Below are positions 40,921-53,926 of a stretch of DNA of 64,000 bases, piece by piece. The notes under the pieces were generated by a model. It was not told the origin of the DNA. It saw only the letters and a program-made list of their open reading frames with translations, and did no database searches. The DNA is from Octopus vulgaris (lineage: Eukaryota): the NCBI GenBank assembly GCA_951406725.2, contig OX597814.1, positions 183,086,001 to 183,150,000 on the forward strand, written 5' to 3'. Within the stretch, counting starts at the first letter, position 1, and every line of letters starts with the position of its first letter. The translations under genes were made by a program, and so were the position numbers.

Positions 40921-40951
40921 TCACTGCCTGGTATCGAACTCGGAATCTTAG
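40656..40951 (-). mobile_element. 5'-truncated SINE-like element with Pol III B box, internal microsatellite, HHR and (taaataatg)n tail
   Basis: B box gagttcgatacc at 40930-40941; (AAT)n(AGT)n(AAC)n; HHR; tandem tail. Confidence 0.65.
40715..40760 (-). ncRNA. Minimal type I hammerhead ribozyme with canonical core
   Basis: aacac CTGATGA a gtct…agcc GAAACGTT gtgtt; 5-bp stem I; one mismatch in stem II. Confidence 0.75.
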
Positions 40952-41772
40952 TATCTATATATATAAATATATGATTTAATTATGAACACAGAAAGAAATT
41001 ATACATTAATACCTATTTTTGTAAGCAGTTGTATCCGTAAAAAAATTTATTTACAGAGAGCAGAAACTGAAAGAAGATATATGAAATGGACGTGTTTGTG
41101 TGTGAGTGTGTGTTATGTGTGCGTGCGTGTGTGTGTGCGTGCTTGTGCGTGTATATGTGAGAGAGAAAGAGGGTGAGAAAGAGAGATAGAGTGAGTGATG
41201 ATTGACATCTTTTAAGGTACACTCACATACATAGAAAATGTCATCGTATAAATTTTTTACGATAGCTGATTTATGGAAAAGATTATGTTAAATTTTTGAA
41301 ATGCAAATATGTGAATGAAAATTAAATTCAGACCTCTACATGGTAGCTAGACCTGGTAGAAATAGCAGCCAAATCTCCCTCAAAACATCCTACAGTCTTA
41401 ATCCAATAATTCTGCCTATTATGTAGTTTGAATGAGAAACTATAACTAAAGATTAAGATTATTAACCCCACAAAGAGATGAAAGAAGTTTTGGCTGACTG
41501 TCATCCTGTACTCCCCTTGTTGCTAGCGAAATGGTATATGCCGGCTGTGTGAGCAACTGGTTGTTTTAAAGGCGGAACAAACAAGGGAATTCTATTCGAA
41601 AAAGTTTTAATAGATTTTCTCGATAACTAGGAAAAAATACAAACGGCATTCCAATCTATGCATGCGTCTCCACATGTATGCCATTTTTCACGCGAATCCA
41701 CCCAGTCGTTTGGCTGTGAACACAAGAAAAGTATACAATGATCGCCCATGTCCAATTTATATTATATTATAC

Positions 41773-41811
<39 letters not shown>

Positions 41812-41816
<5 letters not shown>

Positions 41817-41999
41817 GATTTTTTCCTCTGTCTTCCCTTCTCTGGATCTTTCCTTCTCCTATGTTTCCGACGAAGAGCTCCGCTCGAAACGTTAAACCCT
41901 CCTTCTTTCCTTCTTTCCTGAGCGTCCAATAATACTATATTTGTTCCACGTCCTCGCGTTGTTGTGTTTTTTTGTGCTTTCTTGTTTGGATTAACTTTA

Positions 42000-42003
<4 letters not shown>
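41812..42003 (+). mobile_element. HHR-bearing repeat, family F (motif at 41863-41897)
   Basis: gttt CCGACGA a gagc tcc gctc GAAACGTT aaac; lies between (TA)n tracts. Confidence 0.75.
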
Positions 42004-42061
<58 letters not shown>

Positions 42062-42187
42062 CTTATATATAAATATATATATACATATATATGTATATAT
42101 GTATATATGTATATGTGTGCGTGCATATACATACATACATACATACATACATACATACATTTATATATATATATGTATGTATGTATC

Positions 42188-42286
42188 GAAGTCGGTGGAA
42201 TTTGAACTCAGAACGTAAAGACGGACGAAATGCAGTTAAGCATTTCGCCCGACGTGCTAACGATTCTGCTAGCCCGCCGCCGCCTT
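42188..42286 (-). mobile_element. SINE family B head fragment
   Basis: A and B boxes only. Confidence 0.75.
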
Positions 42287-42472
42287 ATGCAAGCTATATA
42301 ATGCCAACAACACTGACAAGAGCAATAGCTTCTCCTGAACCTGTGATACGTACACCACTTCTCACCAACAAGAATCCGGTTTCACTATTCAAAGAGAGAA
42401 ATGACCTACTAACCAATTAGTTACTGATTAAAAGATAGTTGGTTTGATTCATGACATAATTATGCGTAACAT

Positions 42473-42835
42473 TTTATTCTTTTATTCTTTTATTTGTTTC
42501 AGTCATTTGAATGCGAGCATGCTGGAGAAATCGACCCCAGGATTTATTCTTTGCAAGGCTTGTACTTATTCTATCGTTCTCTTTTGCCGAACGGCTAAGT
42601 TACAGGGACGTAGACACCAACTTCGGTCGCCAAGCGATGGTGGGGAGACAAACACAAACACATATATATATTCAATGGGCTTCTTTCAGTTTCCGCCTAC
42701 TAAATCCATTCACAAGGCTTTGGTCGGCCCAAGGCTATATTGGAACACACACGCCCAAGAAGCCTCGCAGTCGGACTGAACTCGGAACCATGTGATTGGG
42801 AAGCAAGCTTCTTACCACACAGCCACGCCAGCGCC
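42473..42835 (-). mobile_element. SINE family A, diverged
   Basis: Similarity along the length. Confidence 0.8.
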
Positions 42836-43852
42836 AAAAATTTACAAGCCAAATTATAGCTTGATAGGGAAGTAAAGCTCATGTCAGGAATGCTATAAAA
42901 TCTATTAAAGACATTTGTCTGCGACTGGGCTTGAAATCAGGTTGAGAACTATCATCATAATAGCAAATAGACGGAAATGGAAATACTTTAGAGAATGAAC
43001 GAAAACGAGATTAGGAGAAAAATAAAGAAAGAGAGAGAAAGAGAGAGAGTGAGAGAGAGGGGAAGAATGAAACAAGGAGGAGGCTGAGCTAGAGAAGGAG
43101 AAAAAGAGATTATAATATAACACTTTCATATATCCATAGACAGATATGGCAAATTCAAAATTATGTTTAGAATATGGGAAGGGTAAGAGTTTATAGTCAA
43201 TAATTCTCATGATTTATGTTCAGACAATGCGAAACACTTACCAGAGAGACTAGCACTATAAGAGTCTCCTCTTTTATCTCCTCTTCCCAATGAGCCTGAA
43301 AATCAAAGGGTTGTATTGATATTTTGATATAATTCTGTACGCAGTGGTTGGAACATTCATTTGAAAAGTCGGTGCATTTAAAATCGAGGAACCGTTCAAT
43401 AATATCAAAATGTTATTAATGATATATTATCGCTTTGAAATTAAACACGTTTTGTTTTTCCTTTCTTTTCTCTATGAACTTTGAACAACAGCGAACTCTT
43501 TGGCTACCAGGCTAGTGTTTCTTTTTATGGATCTCTATTAACTTTTTATATATTTCCTCCCATATTAGTGATATCAAATTTATTGTAAATATGATAATGT
43601 TATTCTCAGGAGTTTGATCTCCTGTAAAGTTTTCTATTGCAATTTTCAATATTGTTCGGTGAAAGAAATCCTCTAATCTCTTCACTCTCACGCTCGACAT
43701 TTCTCAATATTTTTGCTTTATTTGCTTGTTTGTTCGTTCGTTCGTCGCTTACCCTTCCTCCTTCCTTGTCACTTTGCATATATATATATATATTTCGTTT
43801 TTGGATTCGGTTTGCAAGATTCTTTATGTGAGTTCATGTCTTGAAGCATATT

Positions 43853-44123
43853 CTGTTGTGTCTGGGGAGAGACATTTTCTTTTTGTACCTTATTATTTAA
43901 CACACTCACCGGTAAAATTTCCACTTTTGTTTCTTATTTTCCTAAAATTTTCGTTGCGTCTTGCAACCTTTTCAATAGTTTTGACTCAAAACTATTGAAA
44001 ATGTTGTAAGACGCAACGAAAATTTTAAGAAAATAAAAATAAGAAAAAAAAGTGAAAATTTTACCGGTGAGTGTGTTAAATAATAAGGCGCAAAAAGAAA
44101 ATGACTCTCCCCAGACACAACAG
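43853..44123. repeat. ~270-bp palindrome centred at 43985
   Basis: Arms of ~130 bp are near reverse complements with essentially no spacer. Confidence 0.92.
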
Positions 44124-44498
44124 TATATATATAGGAGAAATATATAAATAAACAAGGAGCAAAGATACTGAAGATTCAGTATTCACCACGAGGCAAAATT
44201 ATGAGTTGAAAATATGTGGAAAACAAATATAAAAAGTGGAAGAGAAATGCCTTCGTTTCGTATAGTATAATATTTTTTTATAAATATATACATATTTTAT
44301 GGATGTCGAGAAATTCAACCGGTTTTCGCTATTTAAATTAGATTTTCAAAGGACATTGTACAGTAATCAAATTCTCGTGACAAAGGGGTCTCATCATTTT
44401 GAATGTTTGAAAAATGAGAGCGAGTCTAGAGAGTGAACCAAGGGAGGCAACAGGTGGCAAGGGGAGGAACTGGCTCTTTAGTATAATTTTTAGAATGG

Positions 44499-44781
44499 TC
44501 AAATTTGTATATTGAGGTGTGGTCTATATTTTTGTATGAACAGGTTATCCTTGTTTAAGCGATCTTGTACTGAGATTGAATCTTTGCATTGGTATAGTGG
44601 GAAGATATGAAATTTCGGCGTTTTATTACTTGCGCATCTGTCGATATGTCCGCTCATTGCTATCTGCCTGTATTGAGGGAAGCGAATCTGTTCTTTATGC
44701 AGCGTGACTCTGCGTCTCAAAGTAAGGCTTATTTGGCCCACATAATTGTGACCACAACCTGAGCAGGTTAGGGCATAGATA

Positions 44782-44784
<3 letters not shown>
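44499..44784 (-). pseudogene. PLE GIY-YIG endonuclease C-terminal fragment
   Basis: [17 protein letters not shown]…RRRVTLH…HIDRC…[11 protein letters not shown]; truncated at (TA)n. Confidence 0.85.
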
Positions 44785-44815
<31 letters not shown>

Positions 44816-44913
44816 AGAGAGAGAGCGAGAGAGAGAGAGAGCTATATATATGAATATAAGTACTATATACATATGAGTATGTATGCATGTATGTATGTAT
44901 GTATGTATGTATG

Positions 44914-44967
<54 letters not shown>

Positions 44968-45172
44968 AGAGATATTGGTATCTAGAAGAGCCAAGATGGC
45001 CGGTAAGGTTATGTAATTGCTACGCGAAGGCCATGGTTAGACTCTCGGTTCGATAATAATACGAGTGAAGAATCTAACGTGAGTCTTGTGTGAGCGTGTA
45101 CATATTAAATAAAATGAGACAACAAAACCAAAGCTGTGTGGAATTTACAGGACATTTATAAAGAGGTAAGTT

Positions 45173-45220
45173 GTATTACAGCTGTTTCTGGGATATTATA
45201 GATATCCGTTCATCAGAGAC
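45173..45220 (-). ncRNA. Type I hammerhead motif
   Basis: gtct CTGATGA ac ggatat ctata atatcc ca GAAA CAGCTG TA atac. Confidence 0.65.
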
Positions 45221-45913
45221 GATCAGAAAGAGTTAACTAGAGGGAAATAGTAGAGTTCAATATAAGGAGTTATTTTGGAAAAGAATGGAAATGGGAAGTA
45301 TAAAGAGAAATAAGAGAATAAAAATAAACGTAAAGATATATGCAGGATATTACAATTGCAGTTCTATTATCCAAGGAAAGTGCTGTGTAGAATGGGTTGA
45401 AATGCTTCTTGTCCATGGTATGTAGATTCCGATAGGAGTTCATATTTTGTTATTACAAGTCGATGGTGTGGAGACATAAATTCCATGTGCTGTTCATTCA
45501 AAGGGGCTTCCAATTGTATGAATTAAAATGCCCAAACGCACTTATATTCCTGTCGGGTTAAGACAACATTTTTAAGTAGCACTACTTGAATAAAATTATG
45601 TTGAACTAGGTCATTACAATATATCTGTATATCGAGCTAATGGCTCTTAGACGCGATAAATAGGGGAATAGAACCGATAGAGATGAAAAAGGTTGGAGCC
45701 TTTTGATCAAAGTTGACCTAGATGAGTTTTTGAAGGTGCTGTCTCAATATATAAAGCTAAATTACAATTGGAATGCCTATAACGCCAGAAGTGCACCGAG
45801 CAGGGGATGAATGGAACGTTGTATATTATGATAGATTTCATTTGTGACAAATGGAGACTACTGTTGTTTAGTGTGAGACGCACTGCGAGCAAAGCGGCCT
45901 AGAAGTTTTACCT

Positions 45914-46145
45914 TTAAGGCGGCGAGCTGGCAGAAACGTTAGTACGCCGGGCGAATTGCCTAGCGGTATTTCGTCTGCTGTTACGTTCTGAGTTCAAATT
46001 CCGCAGAGGTCGACTTTGCCTTTCATCCTTTCGGAGTCGATAAACTAAGTACCAGTTACGCACTGGGGGTTGATGTAATCGACTTAATCCGTTTGTCTGT
46101 CCTTGTTTGTCTCCTCTGTGTGTAGCCCCTTGTGGGCAGTAAAGA
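45914..46145 (+). mobile_element. SINE family B, full length
   Basis: TSD tagaagttttacct at 45900-45913 and 46146-46159. Confidence 0.9.
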
Positions 46146-46398
46146 TAGAAGTTTTACCTCTACTAATGATTATTGTCTGAGGAACTGGTCAGGCAATTCT
46201 CCTGCTCGACACGTGGATTTACCTCACTATTCTCCTTATCATTGGATCGACCTTGATGATAAGAATACGAACCTTATGCTACCTCTTTCCTTTCTGTTCC
46301 ACTTTTTTCTTCTAAAGGGTATGAGTCCCAAATATCTATTTACTGAAATGAATGTCATCTCTTAAAAAATCTGCATTGCTGACGATGACTTTTCACCC

Positions 46399-46467
<69 letters not shown>

Positions 46468-46513
46468 TGTATGTATGTATTTATGTATATATATATGTGA
46501 TATATGCACATAC

Positions 46514-46590
<77 letters not shown>

Positions 46591-46644
46591 TGTATCTATG
46601 TATTTATGTAAATATATGTGTGATATATGAATATACATATCTAC

Positions 46645-46688
<44 letters not shown>

Positions 46689-46699
46689 ATATATATATA

Positions 46700-46733
<34 letters not shown>

Positions 46734-46752
46734 GTGTGTGTGCGTACGTACA

Positions 46753-46815
<63 letters not shown>

Positions 46816-47678
46816 TATGTATGTATGTATGTATGTATGTATGTATGTATGCACATATATATATATATATAAAGTTTTCAATTATTAAGCGAACATTTTT
46901 CTCTAGAGTAAATTTTCCAATCATATTTTCTTATACACAACACCTATCTTCAATTTTACAAAATATTATCATTACAATTTTAAACCAATCATCAGGAAGA
47001 ACAAATGTCAAAGAAAAAGCATGAGCATTAATACGAACCATTTTGTTTTTTTTATTTTTCTTATGAATTCCATTAAATTGATATGAAAATTGTATTTCGT
47101 TTTGGTTATTTTCCACCTTTGCTAGCTTTCCTCACTCTTCTTTTCCCACCATTTCACCTTTTTTATGTTGTATGTGTCACGATTGTTCTTAAGAGAATTT
47201 ATGGAAATTTTCCTGATGAGTTATTGATTTTTAAATTAGATACATGACCATAGATATAAAATAGAGGAGAACAAGAATGTGGAGCGATCATGTGTTTCTC
47301 AAAGGGATTGTAGGCGAGAACAAGATGTGAAAAAAGAAAGGAAGAAAGAAAGAAAGAAAAGAAACGTGAACTAGAAGGAAACGGATGACGTTCAAATTCA
47401 GGAGGATTAGAACGTGGACAAAGGTGTGAAGAAGGCGAAGACAGAAATGAAGAGTAGAAGTATTTTTAATAATAATAATAATAATAAGAAGAAGAAGAAG
47501 AAGAAAAAGAAGAAGAAGAAGAGGAAGAAGAAAAAAGATGAAGAGGAAGATGATGATGATAATGATGATGATGAAGAAGAAGAAGAAGAAGAAGAAGAAG
47601 AAGAAGAAGAAGAAGAAGGAGAAGAAGAAGAAGAAGGAGAAGAAGAAGAAGAAGAGGAAGAAGAAGAAGAATGGTTAT

Positions 47679-48040
47679 TGGAAGCCAAGAGTATTGATAT
47701 TGCAATACCTGGGGATGCACGCATAATTTACAAAGACTAGAAAAGATTGAAAAGTACAGACTACTAAAAGACGAAATTGCAATTCGAGTAGTTGTTGGTG
47801 CACTCGGAACACTAACAACCGAGTTCAAGAAATATGTCAGAGAAATCGGAATTGACATGAGAGCAGAGCAATCCCCCAAAACTTCTCTGCTGGGGCAGAA
47901 AGGATTTTGATAGTGGTATTTGGATGGTGAATGTCTCCCACGATGGAAAGAGACCCTATGAGATTTCTGACTGCAGGCTGCTGTCTGCTCTCCCAGAATC
48001 TACCAGAGCAAACAAGGCCGAGTGCTCTGAGAAGTGAAAC
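47679..48040 (+). pseudogene. R4/Dong-like LINE 3' end (RLE domain plus 3' UTR)
   Basis: SIDIAIPGD…EKIEKYRLLKDEIA…VVVGALG…KTSLLG; ends in (AAT)n. Confidence 0.8.
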
Positions 48041-48072
48041 AATAATAATAATTATTGCAAGAAATCATCATC

Positions 48073-48179
<107 letters not shown>

Positions 48180-48281
48180 CAGTAGTAGAAGACGAAAGAA
48201 AATAAATAAATAATGTGAAACCGGAAGAAATGCCGCTAAGAATTTTCCCCAACGTTAATGACTTTTCTTGCGCGCCGCCTT

Positions 48282-48321
<40 letters not shown>

Positions 48322-48365
48322 TTAAGCAGGTATCATGTAAGATGTGTGAAGGAACTCAAAAAACG

Positions 48366-48477
48366 AATAGTGTAGGCAAAATCTGCATTCAAAATACGGA
48401 TCTTGGTCCAAATGCTCAGAGTACAGTTTCTTAACATGTTCTATAATTCTGAGAATGCAGATTTTGCCTACACTATT
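48366..48477. repeat. Perfect 25-bp inverted repeat with 62-bp spacer
   Basis: aatagtgtaggcaaaatctgcattc / gaatgcagattttgcctacactatt. Confidence 0.85.
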
Positions 48478-49407
48478 TTGCAATTTATGAACAATTTCCT
48501 CTCACTTTGTCTGACCACTACATCCTGAAGTCTCTGAAGTTCCTTTTACGAAACTGCAAGTAATATTGTGTCTTCAGCATATCTTATGTTTTGTGATGCT
48601 TCTGTCGCCAACTCTAAAACCTATGTCTATTAAGCATCAAGAAATAGAAATGTTACAGGAAAAAAAACAACAGAGGATTTTGGCAGGACATGATCGCCTA
48701 TGTCCTAAGTTCTGAACATGGCGCCCAAAGAAGGAAAGAAAAGCTATTAACTTGCCTCCTAACGAATATAAATTTTTACTTCATAGCTTATAAATAAATT
48801 TTCCCTAAAATTTAAGCTGATTCTCTCCCTCTCTCTCTCTCTTTTTCTCTATGTCTGTCTGTTTCTTTGTCCCTGTCTCTCTGTTTTTTTTTTAAATTCT
48901 CCACCACCTTCATTTTAATGATGATTCTATGTTAGAAACAATAGTAACTAAATTAATTTCGTAACTGTTATTTCAATTTGGCTAGTTGCGATGTGTTATG
49001 TTACACTAAAGATTATTTAGACTGAGGAAAAGCCTTCCTTAATTATGCAGTCGAAGAGTTCGTAATTTTCTAATAGTGCAATGTTTTAATTGGATCATTA
49101 GAAACATTATACAATTAGATTATACCGATATTCGTTAATTAGGTAACAACGACTTACTATTGATAACACCATTCAAACATCACACATTTATATCATGCTA
49201 AAATTCCGTGATTAATTCACCACGATATTTTACTATTAGTATAGAGATAACTTAATAAAGTGACACGGGGTTAGCGCGCCGGGCAAAATGCTCAGTGGCA
49301 TTTCGTCCGTCTTCACATTCTGAGTTCAAATTCCGTTCAAGTCGATTTTCCCATTTATCCTTCTGAGGTCGATAAAGTAAGAACCCAGTTAAACAAAATT
49401 TGAAACA

Positions 49408-49463
<56 letters not shown>

Positions 49464-49465
49464 CA

Positions 49466-49502
<37 letters not shown>

Positions 49503-49504
49503 CA

Positions 49505-49536
<32 letters not shown>

Positions 49537-49537
49537 G

Positions 49538-49620
<83 letters not shown>

Positions 49621-49623
<3 letters not shown>

Positions 49624-49892
49624 TAGTTTTATTTTTATAGCGTGCTTTCACTTCACTACCGAGCCCAGCTCTGTGTGCCTTGGGTATATGCTGTGATTTT
49701 TTGTGATGCTCTGATGGTCACTGTATTGAAAGTGTTCTACGTAGGATGTGTGCGGTGCCTAGTAGTGTAATTTTCTGTATGTTGTATGTGTTTGTAAGTC
49801 CTGGTGTTTTTGTTATGTATTTATCTGAATGTTTTTTTATCAAACCTAATGCGCTTACCATGATAGGAATTGTTTCTGTTTTTAGGGTCCAT
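49621..49892 (-). pseudogene. R4/Dong-like LINE 3' end
   Basis: WTLKTETIPIMVSALGLIKK…IQKITLLGTAHILRRTLSIQ*, then 3' UTR and (AAT)n. Confidence 0.85.
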
Positions 49893-50787
49893 GTTTGAGT
49901 TAAAGGTGAACTGGCAGAATCTTTAGGGTGTCAGACACAAAGCCTCTTGGTGTTTCTTCCGACTCATTTACTTTCTGAGTTCAATTCATATTAAGATCAA
50001 CTTCGCCATTCACCCCTTCTGGATCAATAAAATAAAGTACCAGTCAAACATTGCAGTGGATTCTATTCACTATTCACTAGACTCTTCCATTCAAAATTGC
50101 TGGCCTTGTTCCTAAATTAAGAATAATAACAATAATTAGTTTTGATATAGAATAGGTACAAGTTCATATGATTTAATGAAGAGATACTATTGTCATTTCT
50201 AAAGTAATTATAAAATGTCTTTCAGCAAGGGATCGAACTATGTAACATGATCACCGCACTGGAAGAAATTTCTTATTGTCAAGGTTTCTTAATAAAAATA
50301 CAAATACATGCAGAGTTTTATTACTGTTGACTAGGCACGTCACCCTTAAGTTTTGCACAATAGTAAAATCAATATTGAATTGATAGCAATATTGAATTTT
50401 ATCGATCTAATGTAAAGTGGATATTTATAAATGTCATCACTTTTAGATAAACTAACCATAAAATAAACTTCAAACATGGAAACATAAGCATGAAATATGA
50501 GGCATAATCACTATGCATACTAACCCTCCCCCCCACATTAATGTTTGTTTTTATGTTCAGTTATAATAATCTGAAGGGTTACTCCATACTTTTCGAAAGT
50601 GCAAATGTATTATTCTTTAGCATGAACAGTATTGACAGTGAATTCGAAGTTTCGGTCAGGTAAGGTATCATCGAACTATCCTACGATGACTTGAAAGTCA
50701 CTGTGTCATTGTGAATACTATTCTTCTTGAAATAAAAGTATATATATATATACACACACACACACATAGATACATACATACATACAT

Positions 50788-50820
<33 letters not shown>

Positions 50821-51258
50821 GTTAATTCGAGGAAGTTATATCCTCATTAGGGATTATATAATCCAAGATATTCCACTGGCTAATCCCTATCATATAATGC
50901 GAAAGTCACTGGTGTATGTTAGGGATTATTGAAATTATATATTATCAATATTGAAGGAAAAAGAAAATGGAGAAAAAATGTATGCATGAATAATTTATTT
51001 GTATTTTATGAAATAATGCAAATTTCTTTTAAGAAGCATAACAGTACAAATAAATTGATTTCAAGTTGTAAGCTCAAAACATAAAATAAAGGAAGCTACA
51101 TATATGTTTCAGTCCTATCAGCTAGTTGATCAGAAGTTCTAAGCATTTGGTTAATTGCTAAGAAAGGTATCATATTCTAATTATGTGGGGTAGGACTTCT
51201 TTAGGGTTAATTATGAGCTTATAGAACTTATGTTCCATATACATGGAACTTATGTTCC

Positions 51259-51710
51259 ATGTACCGTGAGCGGTACATCATTTGTACGATGTGGAGAATA
51301 TACCGCCAACTTTGCCCAAACGACCTGAACATTAGCTTCAAGGTTCATCCAAGACTGGGACTACGGGCCATACGTCCCCTGCCCAATTCAAGATCACAGC
51401 ATACATGTACACTACAACATAATTTCTTTTCCTCAACAAGCCCTGCCCTATTTAACATTGTCCCGAAAGAAATCAAAGAGGAACAGGATCCCATCAACTT
51501 TAAACGGAGTCTGGATAGATTCCTTCAAGGAATACCAGATAAGCCACCCATAATTGGATACAACTCACCCAACAAAAACTCACTACTTGAATGGACCATA
51601 AACAAAACTTGACTTAAGCAGGATTCAAATAATCCTATCAGGTGGTGCTATTAAGTTAGACATGGCCTGGACCAATCATTGGTCGAAACATATCTAAGTT
51701 TATCTAAGTT
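51259..51710 (+). pseudogene. CR1/L2-group LINE 3' end (ORF2 C-terminus plus 3' UTR)
   Basis: RERYII…ALFNIVPKEIK…FKRSLDRFLQGIPDKP…NSL; 3' stem gacca/tggtc plus gaaac; (tatctaagtt)n tail. Confidence 0.85.
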
Positions 51711-52417
51711 TATGTTATCATTTTTATTTTCAAAGATGTATACGGAGTATTAGTAAGTTTACGGAGTTAAAAGCTATATATAGTAAGTGTATCTAAGTGA
51801 TGGGTTCTATATATTCATGAATATACTATATATTAGAAAACAAATAAATAAAATATGCTTGTAAAATAAAATCAAACTAAAAAGATAAAATAAAAAATAA
51901 AAATAAGAACATAAAAAAAACGCATAGATTTTTCTTATTGGTTTGGTAATAGATACAGTTGTGAAAAGGTATAGAGGAGTAGCAATATGTGAAAAAATCA
52001 GAATCGAGGATGGATGAAAGTTTTGAAATCAACCGTTATAATGCGTATCTAGTAAAACTTACTTATAAACCGTTATTCGTTAGGACATGTAACTGCATAT
52101 TTAAATGTATATTTTAGATTAATGCATTTGGACGTTGGGATATGATCATCCAATACATACTTACTGATACGTATTTTATTGAGCATACGTATACATATAC
52201 ATATACATAAATATGTATGTATACACTTAACATATGCACATGCACACATAAACAAGAAATAATATATATGTATATATATTTATATATATATAAATACATA
52301 TACATACACACACACACATAAGTATATACGCAGTCCGACATGCAGCCATGAGTATATTAGCACATAATATATATTTTCTAATATATTCTTAATAATATTT
52401 TTAATATATATATATAT

Positions 52418-52497
52418 GATGGCTGCCCCCTCGTTATCGAGTATGGCCATTGCACGAAGCTTAACTGTTATTGGTGCTATGATCGAATGTGACTTTA
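52418..52497 (-). mobile_element. Probable RTE-type LINE extreme 3' end within (TA)n
   Basis: KSHIRS followed by atggccatactcgataacgag…gccatc. Confidence 0.45.
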
Positions 52498-52619
52498 TAT
52501 ATATATATATATATATATAACAAAGTGGAGTTGTAAGGTACCGCATGATGGAATTATATATGAAAGAAGGTTTGAAAATGCAATTTTAAAAGATGTTTAG
52601 CATTTTCAAATCTTCTTTC

Positions 52620-52671
<52 letters not shown>

Positions 52672-52952
52672 GAAATATTAAAATTATTAAGTCTCTATAA
52701 AAGAGATTATGGCAGCGTTTACTGGAAATTAATTGTTATCGCCATATTAATATGTCATTCTTATAGATATAAGAATAATCGCTGCCATGGTCAGCTCCAT
52801 GAGGCCACCGCCATCAAGATAGCTATTGATACACGATCTGTATCCATTATAACCTTCGAACAACGGAGGTCAGCCGCTTCACACTACCAGTCCGACAGCT
52901 ACAGACGCGTTTCGGGGTATTGCCCCTTGTCAATGTAGCGCAGTCAGACCCG
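52672..52952 (-). mobile_element. HHR-bearing repeat, family G
   Basis: Inverted homolog of 18085-18365. Confidence 0.75.
52898..52939 (-). ncRNA. Type I hammerhead motif, U3-A8 core variant
   Basis: gctaca TTGACAA gggg caata cccc GAAAC GC GTC tgtagc. Confidence 0.78.
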
Positions 52953-53409
52953 GCCTACTCGGGTTTGTAAGGGAAATAAATATATATACATACACACATA
53001 CATTGTGGCCCACTGCCAGTTACGATGACAAGAGTTCCAGTTGATCCGATCAACAGAACAGCCTGCTCGTGAAATTAATATAAATATTTATAGATAATTA
53101 TACCGGTAGTATAACGGATATTTTTATTCCGTAGACGGTTATTCCAAACTCTAACTCTACTAACCACACACACATATATATATGTAAGGAGTTAGGGGTT
53201 AGACAACCACCTAAGGGATAATAAATTATAATAAATATCCAATATACTACTGGAGGTATACGTATTTATATTCAAAGGCTTACTGTTGCCAGGCAATAGT
53301 CAAATAGTACAAGTAGAGGTAAACGAAAGTTTATCCAGAATTTATATATGGCAAGGGAGAAAATGGAGAAGAGATTCAATCGACAAACATCAATAAGATT
53401 TATTTACTA

Positions 53410-53804
53410 CTAGCAGTATCGCTCGGCGTTACTCGGGTTTGTAAGGGAAATAACTATAAAGCATTTTTAGAGAGTTATAGCCAAAAAATAGCAAAAAAAT
53501 GCATTAAAAATGGAAAAAATATGACGGTAAATTTTTTTAAAAATCGTTGACGCATCGTAGACATTTTTAGAGAGCTACTTCCCTTATATTAAAAAAAATA
53601 TGCATTAAAATGGAAAAAAATTATGGTAAATTATTTTTAAAATCGTAGACTCATCGTAGACGCGCGCTAATACCCAGAAGGGCTCGATATGAACCACGAC
53701 TATAAGATACCCGGTTTTGGTTAAATAGTACCGCAAAATGTGGGAGTAGTTAGGAATCTAAATCGGAGTAGACAGACACACAACCTTACTTTTATATAAA
53801 AAGA
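53410..53804 (-). mobile_element. Non-autonomous Helitron with internal tandem duplication
   Basis: TC…hairpin…CTAG ends; A|T site; interrupts one arm of an inverted repeat. Confidence 0.85.
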
Positions 53805-53837
53805 TAATCATAATGGTAAGAGTACAAGAACTTACTA

Positions 53838-53926
53838 ACTCTCTGATGAAGCTTTGGAGTTAAATTTTTGTATGATATGTCAACTGTAGCATACTGGATC
53901 ACCGGAGTAGAAACAGCTATAAGAGT
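53838..53926 (+). ncRNA. Type I hammerhead motif with long loop II
   Basis: actct CTGATGA a gctttgg…ccggagt a GAAA cagcta TA agagt. Confidence 0.6.

Noticed and set aside
44314-44355. U3-A8 HHR-like motif in the PLE 3' UTR (minus strand)
   Set aside because: Palindromic ACCGGT is present, but position 17 is G and stem I does not pair
51660-51695. Stem plus GAAAC as a hammerhead
   Set aside because: No CUGANGA; better explained as the LINE 3' recognition hairpin
52040-52180. Possible GIY-YIG C-terminal remnant on the minus strand (also 45400-45620)
   Set aside because: Too decayed to call by eye
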